NCBI GenBank assembly: GCA_002303765.1
Contig: DBCB01000122.1
Location: 1-52,833 of the forward strand
From: Planctomycetaceae bacterium UBA969
GTDB lineage: Bacteria; Planctomycetota; Planctomycetia; Gemmatales; Gemmataceae
Reading direction: 5' to 3'
Length of the DNA stretch: 52,833 nt
Shown here one piece after another: positions 1 through 8,999 of this stretch (positions within the stretch are counted from its first letter, which is position 1; each line of letters opens with the position of its first letter). The notes under the pieces were generated by a model. That model saw only the letters and a list, made by a program, of their open reading frames with translations, had not been told where the DNA came from and did not search any database. The position numbers were made by a program, and so were the translations under genes.

Positions 1-503
1 GTCATAGTGTCACCCGAAACACCCTAAAAAAATTCTTGGAATACTGTCCGAAAAATGCCATTAAGGTGTTCGATATTAATCTTAGGCAAAACTTTTATTC
101 GCGTGAAATCCTCGAGGAATCGCTATATAAAGCCAGTTGGGTTAAGGTGAATGAGCAGGAACTGGAAACCTTGACGGATCTCCTAGGATTGAAAGGCGAT
201 GACCTAAAAGAGTCGCTCGAAATATTGCGCAGACGATATAAATTAGATTTGGCAGCATTAACTCTTGGAGAAAATGGCTGCTTGGTTAATACCAAAAACG
301 AACGGATTTATCTGCAAGGTCATAAAATTGAAGTGGTAGATACTATTGGTGCGGGCGACTCTTTTACCGCTGGATTGTTAGTTGGGCTTTTAAAGAAAAA
401 ACCATTGCGACGAGCAATTACCCTTGCGAATGATTTGGCTGCACAAGTGGCTTCAAAGCAGGGCGGAACACCTTTAGTCGATTTAGCTGAAAAAGCGCTT
501 TAA
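1..503 (+). CDS. PfkB-family carbohydrate kinase (fructokinase-like), C-terminal part; the 5' end lies outside the window
   Basis: The frame is open from base 3 to the TAA at 501-503. The track start at 36 is a TTG inside that open frame. Contains PfkB signature-2 DTIGAGDSFTAGLL. Confidence 0.8.
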   Translation, partial: HSVTRNTLKKFLEYCPKNAIKVFDINLRQNFYSREILEESLYKASWVKVNEQELETLTDLLGLKGDDLKESLEILRRRYKLDLAALTLGENGCLVNTKNERIYLQGHKIEVVDTIGAGDSFTAGLLVGLLKKKPLRRAITLANDLAAQVASKQGGTPLVDLAEKAL

Positions 504-571
504 TTCCTAAGTTCATATGCTCAAACAACTTAAATCTTCCAAAGCGTAAACCCATAGTGCGTAAATTTCCC

Positions 572-610
572 ATTGTATTATATTGAACAAGGTGTTTAAT
601 ATAATACAAT
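572..610. repeat. Perfect 13-bp inverted repeat (ATTGTATTATATT / AATATAATACAAT) with a 13-nt spacer, between the kinase gene and the Cys-rich protein gene
   Basis: Read directly: arms at 572-584 and 598-610, spacer gaacaaggtgttt. No T-run follows on either strand. Confidence 0.7.
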
Positions 611-747
611 CGTTAAATAGATCCTAAAGCTCCTAAACTTTTCATGTTTTTTCACTTTAATTTCTTGCCTAGAGATAAAATCTTCTCTAACCTATGTGGA
701 CTGGGGAGGTTTATACATCCAATGTTTATTTTCTGGGAGATTTGTAG

Positions 748-1494
748 ATGAAGAAGTTTTTGTTGTCTGTTGCTTTTGTAGCGATTGCTGGCTTGGCTAT
801 GTTGCCAGCCGATGCTAAGGCCTTTGGTGGCCGTAAGTCTTGCAAAGATGCTTGTGAACAACCATGCGAAATGACATGGGAAGATCGCAAGGTAACTTGC
901 TACAAGACTGTAACCAAGGAAAAGGAAATCGAAGTCACTGTCTGCAAGCCAGAATATCGTGACGAAGTTCGTAAGTACACTACCACTGTATGTGTACCAG
1001 TTTGGACCGAACAAAAGAAAACTTGCACCACTTACAAGCGAGTTGCCAAGGAAGTTGAACGAGAAGTAACCAAGTGCGTTCGCGTACCAGTTACCACTTG
1101 TGATCCTTGCACAGGCCGTACTCGTACTTGCTGCCAAAGGCAGATGGTTACCGAAAAGGTAAAGTGCACCGTTTACGAATGCGTTCCTGAAACCAAAGAA
1201 GTAACCGTAAAGGTTTGCTCATGGAAGAAGGAAGAAAAGACTACCGAATGCAAAGTACGCGTTTGCGAAATGAAGCAAGTTAAAGAAAAACGTAAAGTTC
1301 AATATTGCGAAAGCGTTCCTTACGAAACCACCATCAAGGTATGCGTTCGTAAGCCAGTTGAAGCCAAGAAGGTTGAAGTAGCAAAGCCTGCAGAATGTGC
1401 ACCAGCTTGCGAAAAGACTGCTTGCTGCGAAAAGAAGTGTGGCCGAGGTTTGAACCTTGGTGGCCGTCTTTCTAGCCGTAAGTCTTGCAGCTAA
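748..1494 (+). CDS. Secreted Cys-rich, K/E/T/V-rich repeat protein resembling planctomycetal YTV-type cell-envelope proteins
   Basis: Signal peptide MKKFLLSVAFVAIAGLAMLPADA. About 25 Cys in roughly 225 mature residues. Quasi-periodic units VTCYKTVTKEKE, KTCTTYKRVAKE, VKCTVYECVPE, VQYCESVPYE. A GGR..RKSC motif occurs at both termini. Confidence 0.75.
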   Translation: MKKFLLSVAFVAIAGLAMLPADAKAFGGRKSCKDACEQPCEMTWEDRKVTCYKTVTKEKEIEVTVCKPEYRDEVRKYTTTVCVPVWTEQKKTCTTYKRVAKEVEREVTKCVRVPVTTCDPCTGRTRTCCQRQMVTEKVKCTVYECVPETKEVTVKVCSWKKEEKTTECKVRVCEMKQVKEKRKVQYCESVPYETTIKVCVRKPVEAKKVEVAKPAECAPACEKTACCEKKCGRGLNLGGRLSSRKSCS

Positions 1495-1523
1495 TCTGAT
1501 AAGGTTTTAATTAAACCAAGAAG

Positions 1524-1556
1524 CAGGGGGGTAATACTTTACCTCCCTGTTTTTTT
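1524..1556 (+). terminator. Rho-independent terminator of the Cys-rich protein gene
   Basis: 8-bp GC-rich stem CAGGGGGG (1524-1531) / CCTCCCTG (1542-1549) with one G-U pair, a 10-nt loop, then T7 (1550-1556), about 30 nt after the stop codon. Confidence 0.75.
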
Positions 1557-1694
1557 GTATTTTACGGTGTCGAAAGTTAGGGTTTCTATGTAGCTAATTA
1601 TATTAATCGTGCGTTCTTTGATGGAAAGATTGCATTTTTTGAATTAAACTTATAATAATATATTATCAGAAAATAGGATAGATGAGTCTAGTTT

Positions 1695-4600
1695 ATGAAT
1701 CCTCAATACCCGGATGAAAAAAAGTCCGATTTCATTGAAACCAAGTTTTTGGAATCCAACAATTCCGAAGATGTGCTTGCTACAAGATTAGTCGAAAATA
1801 TCACTACCCAGGAATCCCCTCATTCCCCTCCTAATCCTGCCATTGGCAATCTATTATTGAATCGTTTTTTAGTGCTTAAAGTGCTTGGTGAGGGTTCATT
1901 CGGAAAAGTTTTTCTTGCCAAGGATGAGCAACTTGGCAGATTAGTTGCGGTTAAGGTTTTCAAGCGCCCTGTACAGGATAAAAAGCAATTTGAAGTCTTC
2001 CTTTCGGAAGCAAGGATGCTTGCGAAATTGGATCATCCTAATATTGTTCCCGTTTATGATGTGATTAATTCTGAGTCTGAAGGGGTTTTCATTATCTCCA
2101 AATATTTGGATGGTGGAAGCTTGTCTGAGATTATAGCCAAGGGGGCTCATTCGTATCAAAATATTTCGAAATGGATTGCAACAATAGCAGAAGCGCTGCA
2201 CCATGCCCATATGCGTGGCCTTGTGCACCGCGATATCAAGCCGGATAACATTCTTCTCGATTCCACGGGAAATCTTTATATTGCAGATTTCGGGCTGGCC
2301 CTTAGTGAGGAATTATTTGGAAAGGTAACGGGATTGTTGGGAACACCAGCTTACATGAGCCCTGAACAGGCATCGGGGTTGGCGCACATGGTGGACGGGC
2401 GCACAGATTTTTTTAGCTTAGGGGTTATTTTATATGAAATGCTAACCGGTCGCAGGCCTTTTGAAGCAAAGACGATTTCTCTCACTCTGCAACAAATTAT
2501 TAGGATTGAAGCCAAGCCGCCAAGGCAAATGAAAGACACCATTCCAAAAGAGTTGGAAAGGATATGTTTAAAGGCGTTAAGTAAAAACTTGAACAACCGA
2601 TACCTTACGGGGCTCGATTTTTCGGAAGACCTCCAAAATTATTTGAAGCAAACTGATGTTGTACCTAGCATGAAAAATGCTGCGGAATTGAATGCAGCCA
2701 ATCTTTCTGGGGTTTCTTCATTCCATGCTTCTTTATCTGGATCTGTGTCGAGTTGGGCGAAGATTTCCAAAACCCCGGGAATGGATAGCGTCAACAAGAT
2801 TTTGGAATCGGGTGCTTCAATTTTGCAATCAGCCTTGGAGAGTTCTGACAAGGAGTTTTCTGTTACCAGACCTTTGCTAGAGCAGCATTTGAGCGATATT
2901 AAAGATGATACTAACGCAAAAACTAGGGTATTGCTTGCTCTTTTGCCCGCTGATCCATCCTACGCTAAGGCGTTACTTGAGCCTCTCCTAGTTGCAAAAC
3001 CTCAAGACTATATTGTAATGCGCCAGCGCCTTGCACCTTATGCGGACATCGTGATCCCGCTTCTTGAACAAAAATTCGCACAACTGCCAGAATCTGATTG
3101 CACTATGAGTTTGCGAATTGCAGGGGCACTAGCACTGTGGCGTTCTTCCTCACCTTTGCTGGATAAAATCGTACCTTCAATTGTTGGTAAGCTTGTTGCG
3201 CAGGATCTGATTTATCTTCAAGAGTGGGCGGAAATATTCAAACCCCTGCAAAAGTTACTAATTCATCGACTGGTTTCTTTCGGGCAGGATCATTCGAATC
3301 CTTCTTCGAGCCGTAGTTATGCCAATGCAATTGCGCTTGAATATGCAAGTGATAACGAAAGAGTATTGTTCCATTTGTTTGTTAGTTCTGAACACAGCAT
3401 TATAAAAACAATCTTTAAAAAGATTGTTCCAGTCAAAGATAAAATGATCGCCTATCTTAAAAGATTTCGATCTGCGGTTGTTCCCGTAACTAGTCCCCAA
3501 GAAAAAGTGAATGCAGAAATACGCAAGGGCATGGCGGCTTCTTTGCAGTTGGCACTGGGAGACGCTGAAGGATTTAGTATTTTTGCTAATTCATCAGACG
3601 CAACCTCAAGGAGTCAAGCGCAGACTTTAATTGGCGCACTTGGTGTAAGCGCTCAGATGCTTTTCGAAAAAATCCAGAAAGAAACAGATCTGGGAACCCG
3701 TGCAGCCTTGGTTCTTGCGCTGGGTGGTTTAAGCTTCGAAGAAATTTCCGAAGCCATAAAAAAACAGTGGAAAGATTATTTTCTCGATTTATATGAGAAT
3801 CATCCTGATTCTGGGTTGCATAGTGCCTTGGATTGGATATTGAGGCAAAAACTAGGCCTTGGCGCTGCCTGTGATAAATGCATTCGAGATCGTGAGCAGG
3901 TTTCTGAACCCGCAAAAAATTGGAGGTTTAATTTTCTTGGGCAATGTTTTATTAATATAAATGGCCCTGTTCAATTCTTGATGGGTTCGCCCAAAGATGA
4001 ACTCGATAGGGTTGAAAACGAAAAGCTCCATGAAACTTTAATACCAAGGTCTTTTGCATTATCTCAAAAACTTGTCACTGTTGAACAATACTTGAAATTT
4101 AATCCGAGCTTTCAGGCTGGCAGAAACAATATCAAGGTTGCGGATAATCCCGTTGCGGGAATTTCTTGGTACCAAGCTGCAGAATATTGCAACTGGCTTA
4201 GTGAGCAGGAAAAAATCCCCCAATCCCAATGGTGTTATCTCCCTAATGAGAGGGGGAATTATGCAGGGGGAATGCGCCCAGCAAATGATTTTCTCAAGAA
4301 AAAAGGTTACCGTTTACCTACCGAGGCCGAGTGGGAATTTTGTGCTAGGGCAGGTACGAAAACACCTTGGTTCTTCGGCTTCGATGGTTCACAAATTGAT
4401 CAATTCGCTTACTATCAAATTAATTCCAACAACCATTTATGGCCTGTCGGGCAATTAAAACCCAATGATCTTGGCTTTTTTGATGTTGCAGGAAATCTCT
4501 ATCAATGGACTCAGGATATTTTGCAGCCTTACAGTGATGTTCCAATCGTTGAAGATTCAAAGGCCGATTTGCGGGTTGTTGATGATTTGTCCACTAGAGT

Positions 4601-4721
4601 ATTACGAGGTGGTGCGTTTTACTACCCCAAAGATATTTTGCGCTCTGCTCATCGGGGTGGTTTAAAACCTGATCAGTCTAGCGATGGTAGTGGTTTCAGA
4701 ATTGCCAGAACTTTATCTTAG
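1695..4721 (+). CDS. Ser/Thr protein kinase fused to a helical-repeat middle region and a C-terminal FGE-sulfatase (SUMF1-like) domain lacking the catalytic cysteines
   Basis: Hanks kinase motifs GEGSFGKV, VAVK, HRDIKPDN, DFG, GTPAYMSPEQ. C-terminal FGE-fold motifs GISWYQAAEYCNWL, YRLPTEAEWEF, RGGAF, GFRIAR. The Cys pair of active FGE is replaced (GGAFYYPKDILRSAHR). Confidence 0.85.
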   Translation: MNPQYPDEKKSDFIETKFLESNNSEDVLATRLVENITTQESPHSPPNPAIGNLLLNRFLVLKVLGEGSFGKVFLAKDEQLGRLVAVKVFKRPVQDKKQFEVFLSEARMLAKLDHPNIVPVYDVINSESEGVFIISKYLDGGSLSEIIAKGAHSYQNISKWIATIAEALHHAHMRGLVHRDIKPDNILLDSTGNLYIADFGLALSEELFGKVTGLLGTPAYMSPEQASGLAHMVDGRTDFFSLGVILYEMLTGRRPFEAKTISLTLQQIIRIEAKPPRQMKDTIPKELERICLKALSKNLNNRYLTGLDFSEDLQNYLKQTDVVPSMKNAAELNAANLSGVSSFHASLSGSVSSWAKISKTPGMDSVNKILESGASILQSALESSDKEFSVTRPLLEQHLSDIKDDTNAKTRVLLALLPADPSYAKALLEPLLVAKPQDYIVMRQRLAPYADIVIPLLEQKFAQLPESDCTMSLRIAGALALWRSSSPLLDKIVPSIVGKLVAQDLIYLQEWAEIFKPLQKLLIHRLVSFGQDHSNPSSSRSYANAIALEYASDNERVLFHLFVSSEHSIIKTIFKKIVPVKDKMIAYLKRFRSAVVPVTSPQEKVNAEIRKGMAASLQLALGDAEGFSIFANSSDATSRSQAQTLIGALGVSAQMLFEKIQKETDLGTRAALVLALGGLSFEEISEAIKKQWKDYFLDLYENHPDSGLHSALDWILRQKLGLGAACDKCIRDREQVSEPAKNWRFNFLGQCFININGPVQFLMGSPKDELDRVENEKLHETLIPRSFALSQKLVTVEQYLKFNPSFQAGRNNIKVADNPVAGISWYQAAEYCNWLSEQEKIPQSQWCYLPNERGNYAGGMRPANDFLKKKGYRLPTEAEWEFCARAGTKTPWFFGFDGSQIDQFAYYQINSNNHLWPVGQLKPNDLGFFDVAGNLYQWTQDILQPYSDVPIVEDSKADLRVVDDLSTRVLRGGAFYYPKDILRSAHRGGLKPDQSSDGSGFRIARTLS

Positions 4722-4747
4722 TGGTTCTCAAATTACTGAAACAAACA

Positions 4748-5893
4748 TTAGGCTGCAACTTTATTTGTTGTATTACCTGATACAAATTTTGAAATTTGAT
4801 CAAGCATACCTTGCTCAAAATTTTTCTGATTAAAGGTAAGTGCAAATTTGCGTGCAGCATGACTGTTGTAGAAATTCTTTTCTTTATCAAACTCCCTGAT
4901 GGCATTAGTCATGCATTCAACAGATGGTTCTGCAAAGAATAATCCGGTAGCTTCATTGCTTGATTCGCGGCCAATGATTGTTTCAGTTGCGCCACCTTTT
5001 CCCAAAGCTATGACTGGAGTACCACAAGCTTGCGCTTCGACCGGAACGATTCCAAAATCTTCGAACCCAGGAAAGAGCAGGGCGCTGCATCGTTGCATAT
5101 GGTCGCGGATGGAGGCATCCGTCTGCCAGCCAAGGAAATGCGTTTGCGGGCCTGCTAGTGAGCGCAGCCTTTTTTCGTCTTGCCCGGTACCTATGATTAC
5201 TAGCTTTTTCCCCAAGGCTTTGCATGATTCAATTGCAAGATCAATACGCTTGTAGGGAGCGAAAGCTGAAACTACGAGATAAAAATCTTCGCGTTGGGCA
5301 TTTGTAGGTGTATAGAAATCGGTATCCACCGGAGGATATACCACCGAGCTTTCTCGTGAATAACAATCGTTTATTCTGCTTTGAATTGTTTTGCTGATCG
5401 CAATAAAATGGGTCACTCGTTCAGATGTTTTTTTGTCCCATTCCCGAATGTGGTTCAACACCGGCGCAGCTAATCTCTTTTTCATACTCGGCTTTTCGCC
5501 TGTTCCAAAGTAATCATCCCGCAAGTGCCATGCATATCTTACAGGCGTAAAACAATAACATAAATGTGGTACGCCCTTGGGTGGGATAACACCTTTCGCA
5601 ACACAATGACTTAAGCTGACGACAAGATCGCAATCGGGGATTTTAATTGATTCGATGGCACTGGGCATGAAGGGTAGCAGATACCGATAGTAATTATGAA
5701 CGCCCGGAAGTTTCCCGAGCCAGGATGTTTGAGGGTTTAAATTTTCGATCGTGGGGCTGAGTGCGCCTTTTTTGTGAAGCAGTGTGTACAATTTCGCATC
5801 GGGAAATAGTTTGCATAACGATTCGAGGCATTTTTCCCCACCCCGCATTCCCGTTAGCCAGTCATGAACAAAAACGATTCGTGGTTTCAACAT
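4748..5893 (-). CDS. Glycosyltransferase, GT4 / group 1 family
   Basis: 381 aa. C-terminal GT-B motif PGFEDFGIVPVEAQACGTPVIA (E-x7-E type). Confidence 0.85.
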   Translation of the reverse strand: MLKPRIVFVHDWLTGMRGGEKCLESLCKLFPDAKLYTLLHKKGALSPTIENLNPQTSWLGKLPGVHNYYRYLLPFMPSAIESIKIPDCDLVVSLSHCVAKGVIPPKGVPHLCYCFTPVRYAWHLRDDYFGTGEKPSMKKRLAAPVLNHIREWDKKTSERVTHFIAISKTIQSRINDCYSRESSVVYPPVDTDFYTPTNAQREDFYLVVSAFAPYKRIDLAIESCKALGKKLVIIGTGQDEKRLRSLAGPQTHFLGWQTDASIRDHMQRCSALLFPGFEDFGIVPVEAQACGTPVIALGKGGATETIIGRESSNEATGLFFAEPSVECMTNAIREFDKEKNFYNSHAARKFALTFNQKNFEQGMLDQISKFVSGNTTNKVAA

Positions 5894-6056
5894 TGCACCT
5901 ATTATCCCCGCAAAATTAAAAGGCGATGCAAGTGTACTTGGGGGCTGTTTTTTAAGCTAGACGAAGATCTTTTACGGTGGAAAGGGGATAGTGAATCTTG
6001 CCTAAACTTCCATTTTAAGTTTAAAAATTAGTGGGAGTTGTCTGCCCAGTAATTAC

Positions 6057-8999
6057 TTATTTGCCTGTTTTACCAAGGCTTTTCATGTACGCAAATAGAT
6101 CTGCGATTTCTTGGTCTTTCGCCTCATCCAGCAAGCCTGCTGGCATAATCGATTTTTGCGTCTGTTGCCTAAGCGATATCTCGTTTCCAGATAGTCGTTG
6201 AGGCTCGCCTGTGGATGTTTGCAAAAGCACCCCATCCGCGGATTCGTAAACCACAAGACCCAAAATGATCTTACCTTTGGTTGTGGTGTATGCAATAGCG
6301 CGATAACGATTGGGCACGTCCTTGTCTGGATGGACGATCGCATTTAAAAGATCAAACCGGGAAAACCTTTGTGCAACTCCCTCGAGTGCTGGCCCCAGTG
6401 CCTGAGATCCTGAATGGCATGATGCGCATTTAAGTTGAGTGAAGGTTTTCTTTCCTTTTGAAATATCGCCTTCGTCCCATTTAATTTTATCAAAGCGGGT
6501 TTTCCATTGGTCCAGACTGATCCCGCCCGACATAGTCAAAGATGTTAAAAGTTTTGCATCATTGGCTTTGGCCCACATAATCCATTCTTGCATTTGGTTA
6601 GTGGCAGGTGCAGTGGCCCACTTCTTGCGTAAAAGAGAAAACACCTGATCCTGAAGAGGCTTGTATTTTGGTTCACTGGGAAGGTTTGGAAGTTTTTGCG
6701 CCAGAAGTAAATACTCGGCTTCGCCAAGGGGCGCAAGCTTATCTAGGGCAAGAAGAATGTCAGGCAGATCATCATTCGAGATTTGGCGTAGAATAGTTGT
6801 AAACTTTTGTAGATCTTCCCTCACAGGATTTTTGGCAAGAATCTTGATTAGTATTTCGTCCAATCCATGCTCGCCCCAGAGCACTCTTATTGCTGGAAAC
6901 GATTCTTCTGGGGGTAGTAATTCCAAGACTCGCACGGATTGCGAGTTCCAAGCTAGATCTGGCTTTGCCTGCATCTTTGCTGCGAATTTCTTGGCAGCAT
7001 TCTTTTTCGCTTCTTTCATCTCTCCCAAATAAATTGCATGATCGGGGAACCCGAAATGATCTGAATTCGCAACCAAATTGCTGAAATCTTTGTTGTTTTT
7101 GCAAAGATCTGCGAAAATCTCTTGCAACCTTAATGGCCAGTTTCTATCTCGCTTCATGCTCTTAATGTTGAGCTCTGCTCCAAGATTTAACATCGCTTTG
7201 ATGGCCTTAGGTTTTTGTTCCTCTGAAAAGGAAGATCCGGTTTGTGCGATGGATGCCAGAAGATGAATTTTTCTTACAGGATCATCTGAATTGCTTAACT
7301 GATCAAGAAGTAAGCTTAAGATTTTATTGTCGTTAAATTTCATCAGGCCAAAGGTTCGTTCTAATTCGAAATCAAGACCTGAGTCTCCGGATGGATAAGA
7401 AAGAGCAAGTAACTTCGTTTGTTCTAATGTTGGAGACCACGATTCTTTAAGTTGTTTTATCGAATACCCTTCGCGGTAATTGCCGCGCTGCGAAATATTG
7501 GGAAGCTCACCCATTGCCATTTGCATAATTCGAACAGAATCAAGCCTTGTTGGAAAAGAGGCTTTCTTATTGATGGTGTTTTCAAATGCAATTATTCCTG
7601 CTTTTGAGGGTTGCGATTTTAACTCTGCCAGCCCCAAGGTGTTTGCAGCTATGTTATTGCTGGGAATAATGTTTATCCCTTTGTGTGTTTCAATCAACTT
7701 AGTGGTTGCATATCTGATGAAACGATCAGGATGATCTGCGTTGGCAGAAAAAATCTTATTAATGGACTCTGGTGTTAGAGCAGTTTCGAAACGGAGGAAC
7801 TCAATTGCTTTTCTTCGTTCCAAAAGATTTGACGAGGATGTTGCTGTAATTAATGCTTTTTCAGGGTTAATGATTTTAACCTTATAGGGCAAAGTGCTTG
7901 CAGAAATTGGATTTGTTTTGTGTTTGATGCGAAAAACAGAACCTTTGGTGCCTCGCCCCCCAATAGAAATAAATAATTCTCCAGTAATGGGGTTCATATC
8001 TACCGCAGTGGGGGCAAACCCAGAGTTGCCTTTGGGCTCAAGAAAAACATCGGCATTGGTGCTGTAGGAAGAATCTTTGGGTTGAAGTTCGCAAGTAAGA
8101 ATTCTGCCAAATGTCCAATCTAATATAAAAAGTGCGCCTTGATACTTTGGCGGAAAGTGAGTTCCCTTGTAACAAAGTACTCCAGTGGGCGAACCTCTAC
8201 CTGCAGTTGCAATCGGTGGAATGATATCCGCATGCGATGGAGGCGAGCGCCAAGTTTCTGAATGCTGCGGATTCCACCAGCCATATCTTCCTCCTGAAAC
8301 CAAATGATATATTCTTGTTGGTTCATACCAAGGAAGTGCGATACAGCGTTCATTATCCGAATCAAAGGTAAAAAGTTCGCCATCGAGATTGAAATCAAAA
8401 CAGTACGGGTTACGAAGTCCGTCAACAAAGACTTCTGTCTTTTTGTTTTCTGGATTGTATTTGATCACAGTGCCAGCGATGGGCTTCTTTACAGGCGAAG
8501 AATCCTCCATTGCAAATGCAGAATTAATACCAGTGTTATTGCCACACAGGATGTATATCAATCCATCGGGCCCCCTTTTGACTGCGTGGGCTTCGTGCTC
8601 TCCACCCGTTTTAAAAGATAGGTGTTTTACCCCGGGCCCCGCTGCGGTTACGCCATCATCAGCAATGGGAATTGACCATAGTCCTTGATTCCCTGTGTAC
8701 CATAGGAGGTTTTTTTCAAAGAGAAGTCCGGTGGCACCATCGATGGGGGCCTTGCCAAAATCTTTGAAAGAGTCCGCTTTCCCATCGTTATTTGAGTCAA
8801 TAAGAATACGAAAGTATCCCTTGCCCGACACCATCACATCGCCTTTGGGGCTTATGGATAAACAATAAATGTCACTTGCCAAAGAGTCATCCGCATAGGG
8901 AAGGATTTCGAACCCTGTAGGCATCTTCACTTCGGGAAGTTGATTTGATATTTGCGATGATGTAAATAATACCAATGCAAAATAGGCTAATAGGTTCAT
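6057..8999 (-). CDS. Secreted beta-propeller (glucose/sorbosone dehydrogenase-like) - HEAT repeat - c-type cytochrome protein (Pirellula/Verrucomicrobium-type putative membrane-bound dehydrogenase)
   Basis: N-terminal signal MNLLAYFALVLFTSSQ. Propeller-like N-terminal third, helical-repeat middle, C-terminal heme motif KCASCHSGSQALGPALEG followed by MPAGL...DLFAYMKSL. 4-nt overlap with the upstream FGE gene. Confidence 0.8.
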   Translation of the reverse strand: MNLLAYFALVLFTSSQISNQLPEVKMPTGFEILPYADDSLASDIYCLSISPKGDVMVSGKGYFRILIDSNNDGKADSFKDFGKAPIDGATGLLFEKNLLWYTGNQGLWSIPIADDGVTAAGPGVKHLSFKTGGEHEAHAVKRGPDGLIYILCGNNTGINSAFAMEDSSPVKKPIAGTVIKYNPENKKTEVFVDGLRNPYCFDFNLDGELFTFDSDNERCIALPWYEPTRIYHLVSGGRYGWWNPQHSETWRSPPSHADIIPPIATAGRGSPTGVLCYKGTHFPPKYQGALFILDWTFGRILTCELQPKDSSYSTNADVFLEPKGNSGFAPTAVDMNPITGELFISIGGRGTKGSVFRIKHKTNPISASTLPYKVKIINPEKALITATSSSNLLERRKAIEFLRFETALTPESINKIFSANADHPDRFIRYATTKLIETHKGINIIPSNNIAANTLGLAELKSQPSKAGIIAFENTINKKASFPTRLDSVRIMQMAMGELPNISQRGNYREGYSIKQLKESWSPTLEQTKLLALSYPSGDSGLDFELERTFGLMKFNDNKILSLLLDQLSNSDDPVRKIHLLASIAQTGSSFSEEQKPKAIKAMLNLGAELNIKSMKRDRNWPLRLQEIFADLCKNNKDFSNLVANSDHFGFPDHAIYLGEMKEAKKNAAKKFAAKMQAKPDLAWNSQSVRVLELLPPEESFPAIRVLWGEHGLDEILIKILAKNPVREDLQKFTTILRQISNDDLPDILLALDKLAPLGEAEYLLLAQKLPNLPSEPKYKPLQDQVFSLLRKKWATAPATNQMQEWIMWAKANDAKLLTSLTMSGGISLDQWKTRFDKIKWDEGDISKGKKTFTQLKCASCHSGSQALGPALEGVAQRFSRFDLLNAIVHPDKDVPNRYRAIAYTTTKGKIILGLVVYESADGVLLQTSTGEPQRLSGNEISLRQQTQKSIMPAGLLDEAKDQEIADLFAYMKSLGKTGK

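Noticed and set aside
652-1137. 161-aa minus-strand ORF
   Set aside because: It is antisense to the Cys-rich secreted protein gene and extends into its promoter. It has no motifs, and the plus-strand gene has a signal peptide, periodic structure and its own terminator.
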